A stretch of DNA of 64,000 bases from Octopus vulgaris (GCA_951406725.2 OX597821.1:99262001-99326000); one strand, 5' to 3'. Positions 1 to 12,745 are shown, counted from the stretch's first letter. The notes: a model not told the origin generated them from the letters alone. Translations and numbers: made by a program.

Positions 1-240
1 AGAATAAAAAATATTTTTTTATGAAAAGTTATGGAAGAAATTATGTAAGACAACTGAAAAGTCTCGGTAAATCTTGATGTTACACCATCACAGAAATAAT
101 ACAGTCATTATGAAATTAATTGCATTTCACAAGAAATAGTTCATGGCGATAAAATTGAAGTTATATAAACACAATCCCTTGTATCCTTAGCAATATCATT
201 CTTTAGTCTTCAGGGTGTCATCTCAATATCATCAGATACT
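1..240 (-). other. 5' part of the main exon (UTR) of a paralogous C2H2 zinc-finger gene that continues off the left edge
   Basis: 60-250 aligns with 10875-11080 (shared tgatgttacaccatcacagaaa, cagtcatta, tcaatatcatcaga, ctgaaatata). Both have the minus-strand acceptor TATATTTCAG, at 241-250 and 11071-11080. Confidence 0.7.
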
Positions 241-459
241 CTGAAATATATGAAGAGAGCACAAGATGTATAAAAGATATTACGATGTTGACACAGTAAA
301 GAATAGTGAGGAGAGTCTAGTTGGTGCAACTTTAGCATGCAGTCTACTGCAGTATCCATAGCCAAAACCTTCAAATGATCTGATCTGAATAAGAATTAAA
401 CTGCACACTCAAGTGTAAATGGCCAGGTAGATTGCAAACTAAAGTGACATCGTTTAGGT

Positions 460-776
460 CAGTGGTTCACAACTGGGGTGTCAATGAGATTTTTGGGGGT
501 TCATGCAAGCAAAATAGTAATTTATGGATTCACAGTATATATTAAGGGTCCATAAAAAAAGTTTCCTTTAGATGTATTTATTGTAAGAAACAGCTAAATT
601 TATTTTTCAAACCTTTTACATAGTTCGAGCTACACAGGTTAATGTATGAAAAGCAAAATAGGAATTTTGAAAGAGGTATCTATAAAAATAGATTTTGAAC
701 ATTGAATGGCTACAGGGGTCCACCAGAAAATATTAATCAAAGGGGTCCATAGATGAAAAATGGTTGAGAACCACTG
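460..776. mobile_element. hAT-like MITE
   Basis: TIRs cagtggttc(a/t)caac ... gttgagaaccactg; diverged 8-bp flanks gtttaggt/gcctagac. Confidence 0.6.
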
Positions 777-895
777 GCCTAGACAGTAAAAAAAAAAAGA
801 GAAAAATAGCAGAACAGAATATAGAATATAGCAAATTGTCCTTCCTGTTGCTAAACCATGTGTTTCAAGTAAGGGACTTTTCATTATGTTCATCT

Positions 896-1115
896 TTAAC
901 CATTTAGCATTTAAACTGGCTATGTCCAGCCAAAATATTCCACTTGTTTTATGTTCAAACTGGCCAGATCTGGCCTCTGATACATACCCTAAAATGTCAT
1001 TTTAAACATAAACAATCACATCACCGAAATCTCAAAGCTACAAAGTAATGCATGTCTAATTCAAAACAATGTGAAGCACTACTTTTGACTGAGTAAACTG
1101 AACACTAACGAGTTA
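896..1115. mobile_element. piggyBac-type MITE family (other copies ~2143-2354, 30637-30848, 36998-37218, 39354-39530, 57359-57572; related 38151-38380)
   Basis: Repeated ~215-bp unit with TIR ttaaccctttagcatt ... tgctaaagggttaa and TTAA ends, best preserved at 30637 and 36998. Confidence 0.65.
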
Positions 1116-2348
1116 GAGGTGCAAAAACTAACAGATGATTCATTGACAGGGAATGTTAGCAAACATCACTGTTTGTATCTCAATGCATTTCCATGCAAAG
1201 TGCAGAATTTAAACATGAACACACACTTATCATCATCATCATTTAACATCCATTTTCCATGCTGGCATGTTTTGGCCAGTTTGACTGGAGCTGAGCCGGT
1301 AAGGCCAGGGGCTGCACCAGGCTCCATTATCTATCTATATATCATCATCACTGTTTTAACACCCACTTTACCATGCTTGCATGAATCAGACAGCTTACTG
1401 AAGCAGATTTTCTATATTCATATGCCCCTTTTGTTACCAATCCTTACCGGTTTCCAAGCAAGGTAAGATTTCCCCCAAGGCTAGACATGCTTTCACAGAA
1501 TATTGGAAATAAATGACATTTATTTACAACAATCACGTGATGTCAAGACAAGGAGGTACAAACACCTGCGTTGTGGAGTATAGCTATAACGAAATTATGC
1601 CAGAAATGTCTCATTTTAAACTTGAAGAAAAAAAGCCTTGCATATTTGTTCTTACCTGTTTCATGTGTGTAGGTAAAATCTGCAAATTTCCAAGCAGAAA
1701 ACAGAATCGAACTGTCATTTGCTTTCACGGAAATACCCGAATTGAAGTGTTTTGATTTGGTCGAGTTATATCGAAAGAATGCCAATAAAAGAACTCTTGA
1801 TTAAAAACAAACTCTAACACTGACAACCAACGAACAGAACCTTTGTTTCAGCCTTTTAGAAACAGCAGTGAAATTTCCATCAAACGCACTTTACATACAG
1901 TCTAAAAACAAAATACTGTATATTGATTTCTAAATACATTGTCTAAAACTGACAAGATGGGCATGGCTGGAAAGCCTCTGATCACGGTCTTCTGTCTGAC
2001 AGGGTATAAAGTATTCTTTAAACCAGTTTAGTATCAACAAAGGAGATGTTGTTCTTGTAGTTGATTGATACGAAACTAAACTGACGTCAAACGTATGATG
2101 TAAAATATGACAATATACATACATATATATATATATATATATCCCTTTAGCATTTAAACCGGCCATAAGTATTCTGCCTGTTTTATGGTCAAACTGGCCA
2201 GATCTGGTCTCTCACACCTACCCTACAATATTGTTTTTAAAATTAACAGCTACCTCATCAAAATCTCATCGCTACAAGATGATGCATGATTAGTTCAAAA
2301 CAAAGTGGATGAAAAAGCATTAGTTTTGGCGGAATAATGCGAACACTA

Positions 2349-2404
<56 letters not shown>

Positions 2405-3912
2405 TAAGAGAGTTAACGATAAGTGGCTAACTCTAGTGCTAGAAATAGTTCCTTATTCTGGTATAGCCAGGTGTTAAACTGACGGTATTATTAAATTAAT
2501 ATCTAATTTTTCACCCTCATTTATGAATATATATATATATATCAAAAGCTCATTTCATTAAATTTAATTATGAATGTAATGAGTTGGTTTTGATGTCGCT
2601 TTAATTGAGCTGGGAAATAAAAACAGATCAAACTCAGTCCAAGTCCTTTTGTGAATGAAACTGATTTTGTCAGAGTGTTTGTTCTTACGTATTATTATTA
2701 TTATTATTCATACTGATAAATTCATGTCTCCAAAAAATCGTCGTAATTCCTGATAAAAAAAACCACTAAACAATCCACATTTAACAATGATTTTAGGCAA
2801 ATACCATTAAAAAAAAAGTTATTTTATTTACCTCCAGTAGGTAGGTTCCGATAGCTCTTCATTGTGACATTTCTCTTTCGATAACCACAGACCATATATG
2901 TAGAACAGCCGTATTATATATACGTACATATACACACATATATATATATATATATATAGGAAGAAAGTGTCGAGGGGATCGGTGAATTTGGTTGCCGCGA
3001 AAGACAACAAACTTTTGGAATACAACCGTAGAAATAAAGAAACAGGAAGTAGATAAAATTGTCTCGCAGTGAATAGAGAATTACAGAGTGAGGAGTAGGA
3101 TGAGATGAAAATGACAGAGAGAAGAGAGAGGGGGATGATAGGCAGAGAGAAGAGATTGGATGGAGGGTAGGTAGATGGAGATGTGATTGTGGTAAGAGAT
3201 GGTCGTGGTCGGAGAGTGTTTCTCAAGTCCAAGCCCTTTCTTCTAACGGGGAATGCTAGTGTCCCAACACTGGCGTGGGAGATACGCATGCCTCTTACTT
3301 GTTTATTGAGTTTTATTAGTTACGGGCTGCCCTTTGACATGGCATAGAACTCTGTTCAAACAGCCACCCTGCCAGAGATACGGCGAAGTCACGGGACTGC
3401 AGTATAGCAGATTGTGAAGAGGTGGCGGAACGGCTCAACTGAGCCAACGGTACTTCTTACATTGATGCTGGGCGGAGGAATCCCAGAAGACCAATGGTAG
3501 AGATCAATAAACTCTATCAAGAGGGTAACTGCAACACATCCTTAAGAATCGCGTACATGGTTGCGTAATTAGCTAATCAAAGATTCATTATGACTCGAGC
3601 TCCCAATTCAAATTCATAATAATGGAATTGGATGGCAACAGAGAGTCTTGGGAATCTGTGAAAGCAGTGAAGATATAAAAGCTTTTCTAAACTATGACGA
3701 TGTAGTGCATTTAAGCATTCATACGTTCTGACAGATTTGAACATGAATATGCAAATCATTGTTGTGTTTTGTTACAGAATAGCTTCTCAACAACGAATAC
3801 ACATTCGCAACACTCAATTCAATAGGACAAGGGGTTCCGGTTCAACCAGTGTTTTAACATCGTTGTCTCATCAACCAGAAGCACCAATGAATCTAACAAG
3901 AGCCAATGGACA

Positions 3913-4116
3913 TACTCTTTTACTTGTTTCAGTCATTTGACTGCGGCCATGCTGGAGCACCGCCTTTAATCGAGCAACTCGACCCCGGGACTTATTCTTT
4001 TGTAAGCCCAGTACTTATTCTATCGGTCTCTTTTGACGAACCGCTAAGTAACGGGGACATAAACACACCAGCATCGGTTGTCAAGCAATGCTAGGGGACA
4101 AACACAGACACACAAA

Positions 4117-4148
<32 letters not shown>

Positions 4149-4307
4149 CGACGGGCTTCTTTCAGTTTCCGTCTACCAAATCCACTCACTTTGGTCGGGC
4201 CGAGGCTATAGTAGAAGACACTTGCCCAAGGTGCCACGCAGTGGGACTGAACCCGGAACCATGTGGTTGGTAGACAAGCTACTTACCACACAGCCACTCC
4301 TGCGCCT
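3913..4307 (-). mobile_element. tRNA-derived SINE family A (other copies ~12940-13300, 26405-26785, 27571-27730 plus 29510-29710, 31450-31852, 35860-36012, 41395-41752, 49495-49890, 60950-61345, 61965-62575, 63165-63597)
   Basis: Head ggcgcaggagtggctgtgtggtaag...ggttcagtccc has A/B-box-like motifs, then an internal (TA)n/(TG)n tract and tail gactgaaacaagtaaaagag. More than 10 similar copies in the window; source of the recurring 'DGLLSVSVYQIHSQGFG' pseudo-ORFs. Confidence 0.85.
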
Positions 4308-5306
4308 ATGTTTATAACTTCAGTGAATAAAACTGCTGACCTGTGCTGGTATCTGCTAAGCAATAATAAATCATCATAAACACAGCGAGCAAAGAGAATA
4401 ATAACACTGCATATATATATATTCTTAATGTTTTCCTCTTCATTAAAGAGTAGAGCAGTCATGAATTAACTATTTGCTTGTAGGACTTTCTGAATGATAC
4501 ACCTAACGAAAAGTTGCCTTGAATTATTTTTAGTGGGATGGCCCACTTCTTAAAAAGGGCTCATGCCCGGAATAGAGCGACAAAATTTATTTCACTTTGT
4601 AAAATATCAGTGGCAGTACAGCATATAATTATCTAGTGAAGCTAAATTAGATGTGAGATATACTTTGATATTTTCGGCTTCCCAGACCCCAGTTGAACCG
4701 TCCAACCCATGCTAGCATGGAAAGCAGACGCTAAATGATGATGATGATATGACTGGGGATATCAGGTCGAGGGGTTATGAATGATAACCAATCTGCATGA
4801 TACTGTCCATCATTACCTATTTATATTATAATGAAAATATTCAACCACAATCATCATCATCATCATTTAACACGTTTTCCATGCTGGTAAGTTGTACAAG
4901 GCTCTCCGGCTTGCCACCTCTTGTGAGAAATTACATGTAAAAATTTGGGGGTTAGTAAATTGCCTTGTTGAGAGAATTTCTCATTACGTTTGTAGACTTT
5001 CTAATCTTTACAAACAACATCTAGGGTTTAAAAAAAAAAAACGTCCTTTGAAGGAATCTTTTACTCCAGATATTACAGTAGTAGTTTCCTTCTCTCCTGT
5101 GTGAAGGTGCATCTGTGTTCAAAGTCATATAAAAATTTTTTAAAAAAGAGTATTTAATCACAGAAATCACTACAATATGCTTTTTCTTCAGCATGAACAC
5201 ATTAAAACATCAGTAATAGTGGCAGCTCATAGATAAAATTAGTAGGGGTGCTGCTTCAGAAAATTTTTAGCTGTTGTTTTAATATCCTGTAAAAGGAAAC
5301 AAGGCG

Positions 5307-5606
5307 AGGTGCAATGGCCCAGTGGTTAGGGCAGTGGAGTCGCGGGTGTAGGATCGCTATTTCAATTCTCAGACCGGGCATTGTGTGTGTTTATTGAGCA
5401 AAAACACCCAAAGTTCCGGGAGGCTCCGGCAGGTGGTGGTGGCGACCCCTGTTGTACTCTTTCGCCCCAACTTTCTCTCACTCTTTCTTCCTGTTTCTTG
5501 AGTAACGCTGCAATGAACTGGCATCCCGTCCAGCTAGGGAGGAACACATATGCCACAGAAATTGGGCCCATGAGCCAGGCTAGGCTTGAAAAGGGTGCAT
5601 AAATAA
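5307..5606 (+). mobile_element. tRNA-derived SINE family C (related copies ~14850-15140, 36548-36800, 38745-38900, 53086-53360, 54925-55240, 59550-59840)
   Basis: A box tggcccagtggttagg, B-box-like tttc(g/a)attc, shared body gagcaaaacac...; multiple dispersed copies. Confidence 0.75.
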
Positions 5607-6007
5607 AAAGGAAACTTTTACATAAACTTGATCGGTTCAAGTTTTAACCACTGAAGGGTAGTGTGTTTAATTTGTTCACTGAACACCGCCATGAATTCAC
5701 CCTTGCTTTTCAAAAATTCCCCCTAAATCACAAAATAAGGGAAGGAAATCTGCCCTATTTTTCAAATCCTAGTAGCAACACTGTAGCTGGAAGCAGGATA
5801 ATAATCTAATTCTACACTTTATCACATTCAAGAATATAAACACGTTTTTAAGCACAACACACGCGGAGTCAAAAAGAAACACTACCTTTCACTAGCACAC
5901 CTGGGTCAGCACTGCGTGAACCACAGTGTTCTCTCTCCCTAGCATGTAGCTTCCTATCTCGGACACGTGAACATGTACATAACAGCCAAATACTGCATAG
6001 CTGGAAC

Positions 6008-6220
6008 TTTTCTATTCTAGGCACAAGGCCCGAAAGTTTGACAGAGGAGGGGGGGGCAGTCGATTACATCGACCCTAGTATGCAAATGGTACTTAATTTA
6101 TCAATTCCAAAAGGATGAAAGGCAAAGTCGACCTTGGCGGAATCTGAACTCAGAACATAAAGACAGACAAAATACCGCTAAGCATTATCGCCCGGTGTGC
6201 TAACGTTTCTGCCAGCTTGC
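6008..6220 (-). mobile_element. tRNA-derived SINE family B with a Nin/Deu-like central domain (copies ~7797-8010, 32605-32836, 40285-40490, 55331-55553, 58827-59065, 60257-60490, 62115-62320, 62865-63075)
   Basis: Head ggcgagctggcagaaacgttagc...gagttcaaattc; core gcctttcatcctttcggggtcgataaattaagtacc. TSDs are visible at the 58827 copy (acttagaggtaaag) and the 60257 copy (aagactattgaa). Confidence 0.8.
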
Positions 6221-6439
6221 GCAGCTGGAACTGTGAAGCACAGAGTTCTATATGAGGATTTTTGTATTTTTTTTATAAACTAGGGGATGGCTACTGATAT
6301 TAAGCTTAAGGATTGTATAATGTACAAGTGTAAAGAAAAAAAGGGCTCATTATATTGAATGGAAATAGGGGGTGCTGCAGTTCCGCAGTGCCTATATACA
6401 AGCTGCCACTGATCAGTAAATTACAATTCTGTGAGAATG

Positions 6440-7540
6440 TTATAGCACAGATATCACAATACTATTGTTTTATCTCCAGTGTGATGACCGATGTATAGAT
6501 AATGAATAACTAGCAGTGACTGTCGTACCATAGATATCACAATGATGGGGCCTTTCACCAATGAGAATGTACTTATGCATTGATATTGAATTACTTTCAA
6601 AGAAAATTTTATCAGAGATATAACTCTGGTTTTTCTCCAGTATGAATACTGCTATGATGGGGTGCTGAAAAGTTCCTGGCTTTAAGGGTTTTGTGGAAGG
6701 CCTGCTTGGAGACCCAACCTCCCGAGTTCTTTTATAGGGCTTAGAAAAACTGAAGGACCACTGCAATAAGTGTGTAAATTTGAGAGGGGAACATATTGAA
6801 TAAAATCTTAATTGATCCTCCTGTATTTTCAGCACCCCCTTGTATACTTGTGTTTATTAACACAAACTATCAGCAGGGAATGTTTTGCTACAGACGTGAC
6901 AATAGCATGATTTACTCTCTAGAGACTTAGAAACAGTTTATTAAGGAAATGCTGTCAGTTGAAAACTTCATGTACCAGGTGCCAGTAGGTTTCAGGGGTC
7001 ATCATGAGAGAATGTGCATCATTTCAGGGCCTTCCACTCAATAACTTTACAGTGTCCCAGCCCCACTCACTGATGTGAGGCCCCATTTATTGTTTCAACT
7101 GACTAGTATTCAAATTCAAGTCCATTTTGGGATCATCACCTCTCCAGCCAGGTTTCATCATTCTTTTTCATCCATATCCAATGGCTGGCCCTCTCAAATG
7201 CCACCTGGATATCCTTCAAGGAGTTTTGTTACAGATATTACAGTGATTTGATTTATCTTCTATGATTTTATGGATCAATAAATTAGAACTTCAGAGAGAA
7301 TGCTATAAATACTAAAATAGTAGGGTTTTTCTCTTTTGTGGACATATTTGTGTTTAAATAAGAGAGAATACTTTACCACAAATATCACAATGGCATGGTT
7401 TCTTTTTTGTGAAAATAATTACTATATTGAGAGAATGCATCATCACAGATATTACCTGTGTGAATACATTTGCAATTATATAAATATTGGCTTGTAGAGA
7501 ACTGTAGAAAATAACAAATTACTGCACAGAGATTACAACA
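6440..7540 (-). pseudogene. decayed C2H2 zinc-finger repeats downstream of the intact ZF ORF
   Basis: Remnants GERPHHCDIYGTTVTASYSLSIHRSSH (~6480-6565) and CKCIHTGNICDDAFSQYSN (~7415-7470), with stops and inserted repeats. Confidence 0.7.
6657..6845. mobile_element. Tc1/mariner-like MITE (second copy ~56340-56468)
   Basis: Ends ggggtgctgaaaag ... ttttcagcacccc; the second copy is inverted. Confidence 0.55.
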
Positions 7541-8326
7541 AAACATGTAATTTATATAGGTGTATATATATATTTCTTTATTTTTCACTTTTCCATCTGT
7601 AATGTGGAGACCTTGTCTGGTCTAAACAATAGGATAGTTAGTTAATCAAAATAATGGAAATCATATGAAAACAATAGTTCATCATCATCATTAATTAATG
7701 TTCGTTGAGATGACAAGGGACTGAGACTTCTAGTGATTTGCTATACTTAAGACATGTCAATGTAAGTAAAATTGTGTCAAGTCAATGTAAGTAAATAAGG
7801 CAGTAAGCTGGCAGAAACATTAGTGCACTGGGTGAAATGCTCAACAGTATTTCATGCCTTTACGTTCTGAGTTCAAATTCCGCCGAGGTTGACTTTACCT
7901 TTCATCCTATTGGGGTCGATAAATTTAGTACCAGTTGCATACTGGTATTGATCTAATCAACTGGTCCCCTCCGCCAAAATTTCAGGCCTTGTGCCTCGGG
8001 TAGAAAAAATGTAAGTAAAATCATGGCCATCCATCCATACAGGTATGCCCTTTATGGTCATGCGCTCCCAACTCCAACTCTCTTTCTGCCAAGAGATCCT
8101 TGTCGTGCAAGTACCACATAAAAAGCACACAGTACACTCTGTAAAGTGGTTGGCATTAGGAAGGGCATACAGTCATAAAAACCATGCCAAAACAGACATG
8201 AATCCCGGCCAGCTTTTTACACTGTTTCAGATGTTTTAAAACCCATTGTATCATCCTGTTTTGTCACTTCCTGTTATGTGAGCACTTGTGGCTAATAAAG
8301 AAAAAAATTATTATTATTACCTCCGC

Positions 8327-8950
8327 CTTAGTGAAAGCATTGTTTTCAGTCGTGTTTGTTTGTCTGTGGATAAAATATCTCAAGAACCACAGGATGAATT
8401 CAGATGAAACTTTCAGGGATGTTTGGCCTCATGACTGGCACGAACTGATTAGATTTTGGGATCGATCCGGTACCAGACAAGTAATCTGGATTATTTTTTG
8501 TTATATTTACTTTACATGATTACAATCTAGCATTAACTTTCAAGTCTTTTTGACAAGTTGTGGTGCACCTGAGCACCATATACAATAATTTCATTATTAT
8601 TAAGTCTTTCTCAATTATCTCCCTTTAGGCTGTAACTATTTTGAATGGTGAATTTGTTAACTTTGGCTTGTATTAGATAAGGATAAACTATTACTGTTAC
8701 TAAATTTTCTACAGCCTTTACATTCCATGACTACCATTGGAATCAATCAGGTACCAGACAAGGATTCTGGATTATTTTTCCATTCTTATTTACTTAAGTT
8801 TCGTGAGTGGTCGGGTTCGTTTTTAGTATTCTCGTTTGTGAGGACAGTCGAGTTTATTTCAGATATTCTCATTTTAAAAATCATCTCTGGCTAATCGTTG
8901 AGAGGACGTTGATGTTGCCTTGGCGGAGTTTTGTGCTCTCTGAGTGCTCT
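8327..8950 (+). mobile_element. Helentron-associated (HINE/DINE-1-like) non-autonomous element
   Basis: Sub-terminal inverted repeat acctccgcc ... ggcggagt, 3' hairpin gtgctctctgagtgc, T-rich insertion site and an internal repeat gtaccagacaag. Contains a nested LINE 3' tail at ~8550-8602. Confidence 0.55.
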
Positions 8951-9247
8951 TGTTATTATTATTATCATTATTAAAGGTAAAGTACTATGACCAGTAATCA
9001 CAGAGATGTGAGCTCGAGTTTCATGGCTGGCTTAATATTTCTATTGACTCTTCAGTCAAAGAATACATGTCACTGCTGCTCTTCAATTAAATAAATTGCA
9101 AGCTGAGTCCATGGCTGTATTTACATCATTAGTATGTCATGAATATAGTTTTCCATTGTACCATAAGTACCTCATTAATTTTTACCACACACATATCTCA
9201 GGTATTTTTTCTTCTTCTGTACAATTAACTTTATGGGACTTGTCTTG

Positions 9248-10492
9248 TCAAACATGAATACGTCTATGGGTTAATAAATTGATATTTTGAGAGAATGATT
9301 TACAACAGGTATCACACTGATATGGTTTCTCACCTGTGTGAACACGTTTGTGGGTCAATAAATTACTATTCTGAGAGAATGCTTTCTTGCAAATGTTACA
9401 CTGATATGGTTTCTCACCTGTGTGAATTCGTCTGTGGTTCAACAAAATGCTAGTTTTTGGGAAATTTTTACCACAGATTTCACAGTAGTATGGCTTCTCA
9501 CCTGTGTGTGTAAGCTTATGCATTGACAACGAACTAGAAGCAGTGAATGCTTTGCCGCAAATATCACAGCAGTGTGGTCTTTCTCCTGTATGAATACGTC
9601 TGTGAGTTGATAAAGAAGAAATACTGGAGAAAGCATTACCACAAATATCACAAGGATAGAGTTTCTCTCCTCTGTGAGCAGACCTATGAATTATTAAATT
9701 AATATTTTGTGAGAATGTTTTGTCACAAATATCACAATGATATGGCTTTTCACCTGTGTGAATGCGTGTATGCGTTAATAAATTGCTGTTTTGAGAGAAT
9801 GCTTTGCCACAGATATCACAGTGATATGGTTTCTCACCTGTATGGCTTCTTCTGTGCTTCAACAAAGTGTTATTGCTAAGGAAAGCTTTATCACAAATGT
9901 CACAGTGGTATGGCTTATTACCTGTATGGTTAAGTTTATGCATTGATAATGAACTCGAAGCAGTGAATGTTTTCCCACAGATATCACAGCAGTATGGCTT
10001 TTCACCTGTGTGAACTCGTATGTGTCTAGTTAAAGAAGAATTAACAAAGAATCCTTTACCACATATATCACAATGATATTGCTTCTCTCCTCCATGAGTA
10101 TTTCTATGGATTAATAAATTACCATTCTGGGAAAATGCTTTACCACAGATATCACAGTGGTATGGTTTTTCTCCTGTGTGAATACGGCGATGAACCAACA
10201 GATTGCTGTTTTGAGAGAATGATTTACCACAAATATCACAACGATGTGGTTTCTCACTTGTGTGAATTCTGCTATGGTTCATCAAGTTACTATGTTGAGA
10301 AAATGCTTTCTCACAAATGCTGCAGACGTATGGTTTCTCTCCTGTGTGAATTCGTATATGGTTCAACAAACCAGTATTTCTCAGGAACTTTTTACCACAA
10401 ATATCACAACGGTATGGTTTTTCTTCTGTGTGGATACATTTGTGGTTAGATAAACCATTTTCTTCAGAGAGTGCCTCCCCCACAAATATCAT
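9248..10492 (-). CDS. tandem C2H2 (Kruppel-type) zinc-finger protein, 14 intact fingers, no effector domain; start codon uncertain
   Basis: 414-aa ORF of repeats Y-x-C-x2-C-x3-F-x5-L-x2-H-x3-H joined by TGEKP linkers. Confidence 0.9.
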   Translation of the reverse strand: MIFVGEALSEENGLSNHKCIHTEEKPYRCDICGKKFLRNTGLLNHIRIHTGEKPYVCSICEKAFSQHSNLMNHSRIHTSEKPHRCDICGKSFSQNSNLLVHRRIHTGEKPYHCDICGKAFSQNGNLLIHRNTHGGEKQYHCDICGKGFFVNSSLTRHIRVHTGEKPYCCDICGKTFTASSSLSMHKLNHTGNKPYHCDICDKAFLSNNTLLKHRRSHTGEKPYHCDICGKAFSQNSNLLTHTRIHTGEKPYHCDICDKTFSQNINLIIHRSAHRGEKLYPCDICGNAFSSISSLSTHRRIHTGERPHCCDICGKAFTASSSLSMHKLTHTGEKPYYCEICGKNFPKTSILLNHRRIHTGEKPYQCNICKKAFSQNSNLLTHKRVHTGEKPYQCDTCCKSFSQNINLLTHRRIHV

Positions 10493-10752
10493 GGCAATAT
10501 GGTTTCATCTCTGTGTGAATATGTTTGTGGGTAGATAAATTTTCATCTGTGGAGAACTTTTTGCCACAAATATCAGTCATAGAGTTCAGAATCTGTGTAC
10601 AAAGGCTGATGTTAAATTAAGCATTTTTGCATTTTAAAAGACTCCCCACAGATGCCACACATGTATGATGTCTACTTTATTTGATGTGAAACACCGTTAT
10701 TATTAGATTGTCTCTCATTATGAACTTGACTCTTACTCAGTTTCTCCTCCAT
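10493..10752 (-). pseudogene. disrupted ancestral N-terminus of the ZF ORF
   Basis: ATG at 10752 reads MEEKLSKSQVHNERQSNNNGVSHQIK*TSYMCGICGESF. After a frameshift it reads [32 protein letters not shown], and a further frameshift leads into the long ORF. Confidence 0.7.
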
Positions 10753-11316
10753 AACAAATTTTCTTCACAAAATTAAAAAAAATACTCCTGGAATTTGCAT
10801 CAAGGAAATATTTCTTTAAATATTTTCAATAAAAAAGATATACTTTCTTCAAAGTCTTTAAGACAAAAGTAAAATCTCAGTAAATTTTGATGTTACACCA
10901 TCACAGAAACCATGTAAGAGTTACATATGTGCAGTCATTATCAAATATTACTTGCAATTCTAAGGAAATATTTCAGTGGTAGAACTTAAGTTGTATAAAC
11001 AAGATTCTCAGTGTCCTTGGTAATGCCAGTCTTCAATCTTTAGTTCGTGGATTCAATATCATCAGACACCCTGAAATATATAGCAATTGTAAGATATTAG
11101 GGATATTCTGACAGTGAACCAAAATAATGAAAAACAATAAAGAGGTTAAATTAGATAAAATGGAGTTGGATTACTTATTCTATCAAACTTAAATTAAATT
11201 TTGATTCTTCATTATTTGGAAGAAAAAAAAAAGTACCTTTAATTCAGCAAGACTAAAAGGTGTTGAAACTGGTACAAAAATTTAAATCTCCCAAGATTGA
11301 AACCTTCAGAAGATAT

Positions 11317-12070
11317 ACAGGGTGTCCCACAAGTCACTGATGGGTTTCAATTTTTAAAAACTTTCTTAACTTTACAAATAAATGCATGAAATTTTGATAC
11401 AATATAAAGGTCATAATGGTAATTAGTATGCAAAAGTCAAATTTTGCAACACCACTACATCACATATGAAAATTGACATTGCTTAAATGGCAGCCATTTT
11501 TGGCTTCACATATTAAATTTTGATTCTTCATTATTTGGAAGTGGTTGGCGTTAGGAAGGGCATCCAGCTGTAGAAACACTGCCAGATAAGACTGGAGCCT
11601 GGTGCAGCCTTCTGGCTTCCCAGATCCCCGGTCGAACCGTCCAACCCATGCTAGCATGGAGAACGGACGTTAAACGATGATGATGATGATGATATCTGTG
11701 CTCTTTCCAAAATTTGTACCATAACACCCTTAAGGGTTTCAGACCCCACTTCTCTAATTTCTCTATTGCATTTCTCCTTCAGTTGCACCAGGGTCTTTGG
11801 TTTATTGATGTAAACCCTCTCTTTCAGGTATCCTCACAAGAAAAAATCCAAGCTAGTCAAGGCCAGTCAAAGTAAATCTCATACACAGTTCCAGCAAGAT
11901 GGGGCAACTGCTCATACTGCAAGAGAAACAATGCAGTTGCTATGGCAGTGCTTTGGAGATAGAATAATCTACTATGGCAATGTCAACTGGCCTTCACGTT
12001 TCCCAAACTTGACTAGCCCTGATTTTTTTCTTATAGGGATACCTGAAAGAAAGGATTTACGTCAACAATT
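11317..12070. mobile_element. mariner-type transposase remnants, two head-to-head fragments
   Basis: Plus strand ~11889-12068 reads FQQDGATAHTARETMQLL...NWPSRFPNLTSPDFF..GYLKERIYVN. Minus strand ~11460-11860 reads DFFL*GYLKERVYINKPKTL...CEAKNGCHL. TIR-like tacagggtgtccc at ~11317. Confidence 0.8.
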
Positions 12071-12238
12071 TTTTATTACCCATCCATGAACTGACTGAAA
12101 ACAGCATCACCATAAATAGAGAAATAGAAAGGAGCTTTCAAAAGGCCTAAAAGTACAGCTAAAACCAGGTGAGAGCCTGAACTTCAGACAGGGACAAATC
12201 TTGGTCACAGCTTTCTGCAAGAAGCTCCCCAAAATGCT

Positions 12239-12745
12239 GTGCTGTTGCTCTCTACCAAGAAGAAAGCTGGGAGACAGCAGGTGGAAGTGAGAAAACGAGA
12301 CCAAACCTGTGGAGTTGCAGCACATGTTGACAAGCACTTCTCTGTGCTTGCTTACAACAAGTACATGTTAGGGGTAGACCAGGGTGACATGATGCTGTAC
12401 AGCTATCTAGATGAGAGGAGGACACCAAAATGCTGTAAAAAAGAAACTTTCAATGTTCTCTCCATAATGCTGCAGAACTCGTGTATAATTTACAAGGAGC
12501 ACACATCAGATAGACATGCCATGCCTCAATACAGGTTTTGTGTTTTGGTTGTTGAGGCTTTGATCAAAGACTACACGGACCAGAGGAATGGTCCCTCTGA
12601 GGAGACTAGAGGCATGGTCACCATCCCTCAAAACAAAGAAAAGGACTGTTGTGTCTAGTGACAGGAGAATGCCTCGAGGACGAAAAGGTGCAGGACCATG
12701 TGTTAGAGGTGTAAAGAAGGCCTTCATGAACCATGTTTCCCCTAA
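12239..12745 (+). mobile_element. piggyBac transposase C-terminal remnant
   Basis: YNKYMLGVDQGD matches the YNxxMGGVDxxD catalytic motif; followed by a broken Cys-rich C-terminal domain (DCCV...CRTMC*RCKEGLHEPCF). Confidence 0.75.

Noticed and set aside
4078-4317. Recurring ORFs such as DGLLSVSVYQIHSQGFG and RRHLPKVPRSGTEPGTMW
   Set aside because: They are translations of SINE family A, with variable frames and stops between copies.
5307-5380. tRNA gene candidates (also 36548, 40905, 53086, 54925)
   Set aside because: A/B boxes are present but the acceptor and anticodon stems do not pair properly and they run into SINE bodies; these are SINE heads.
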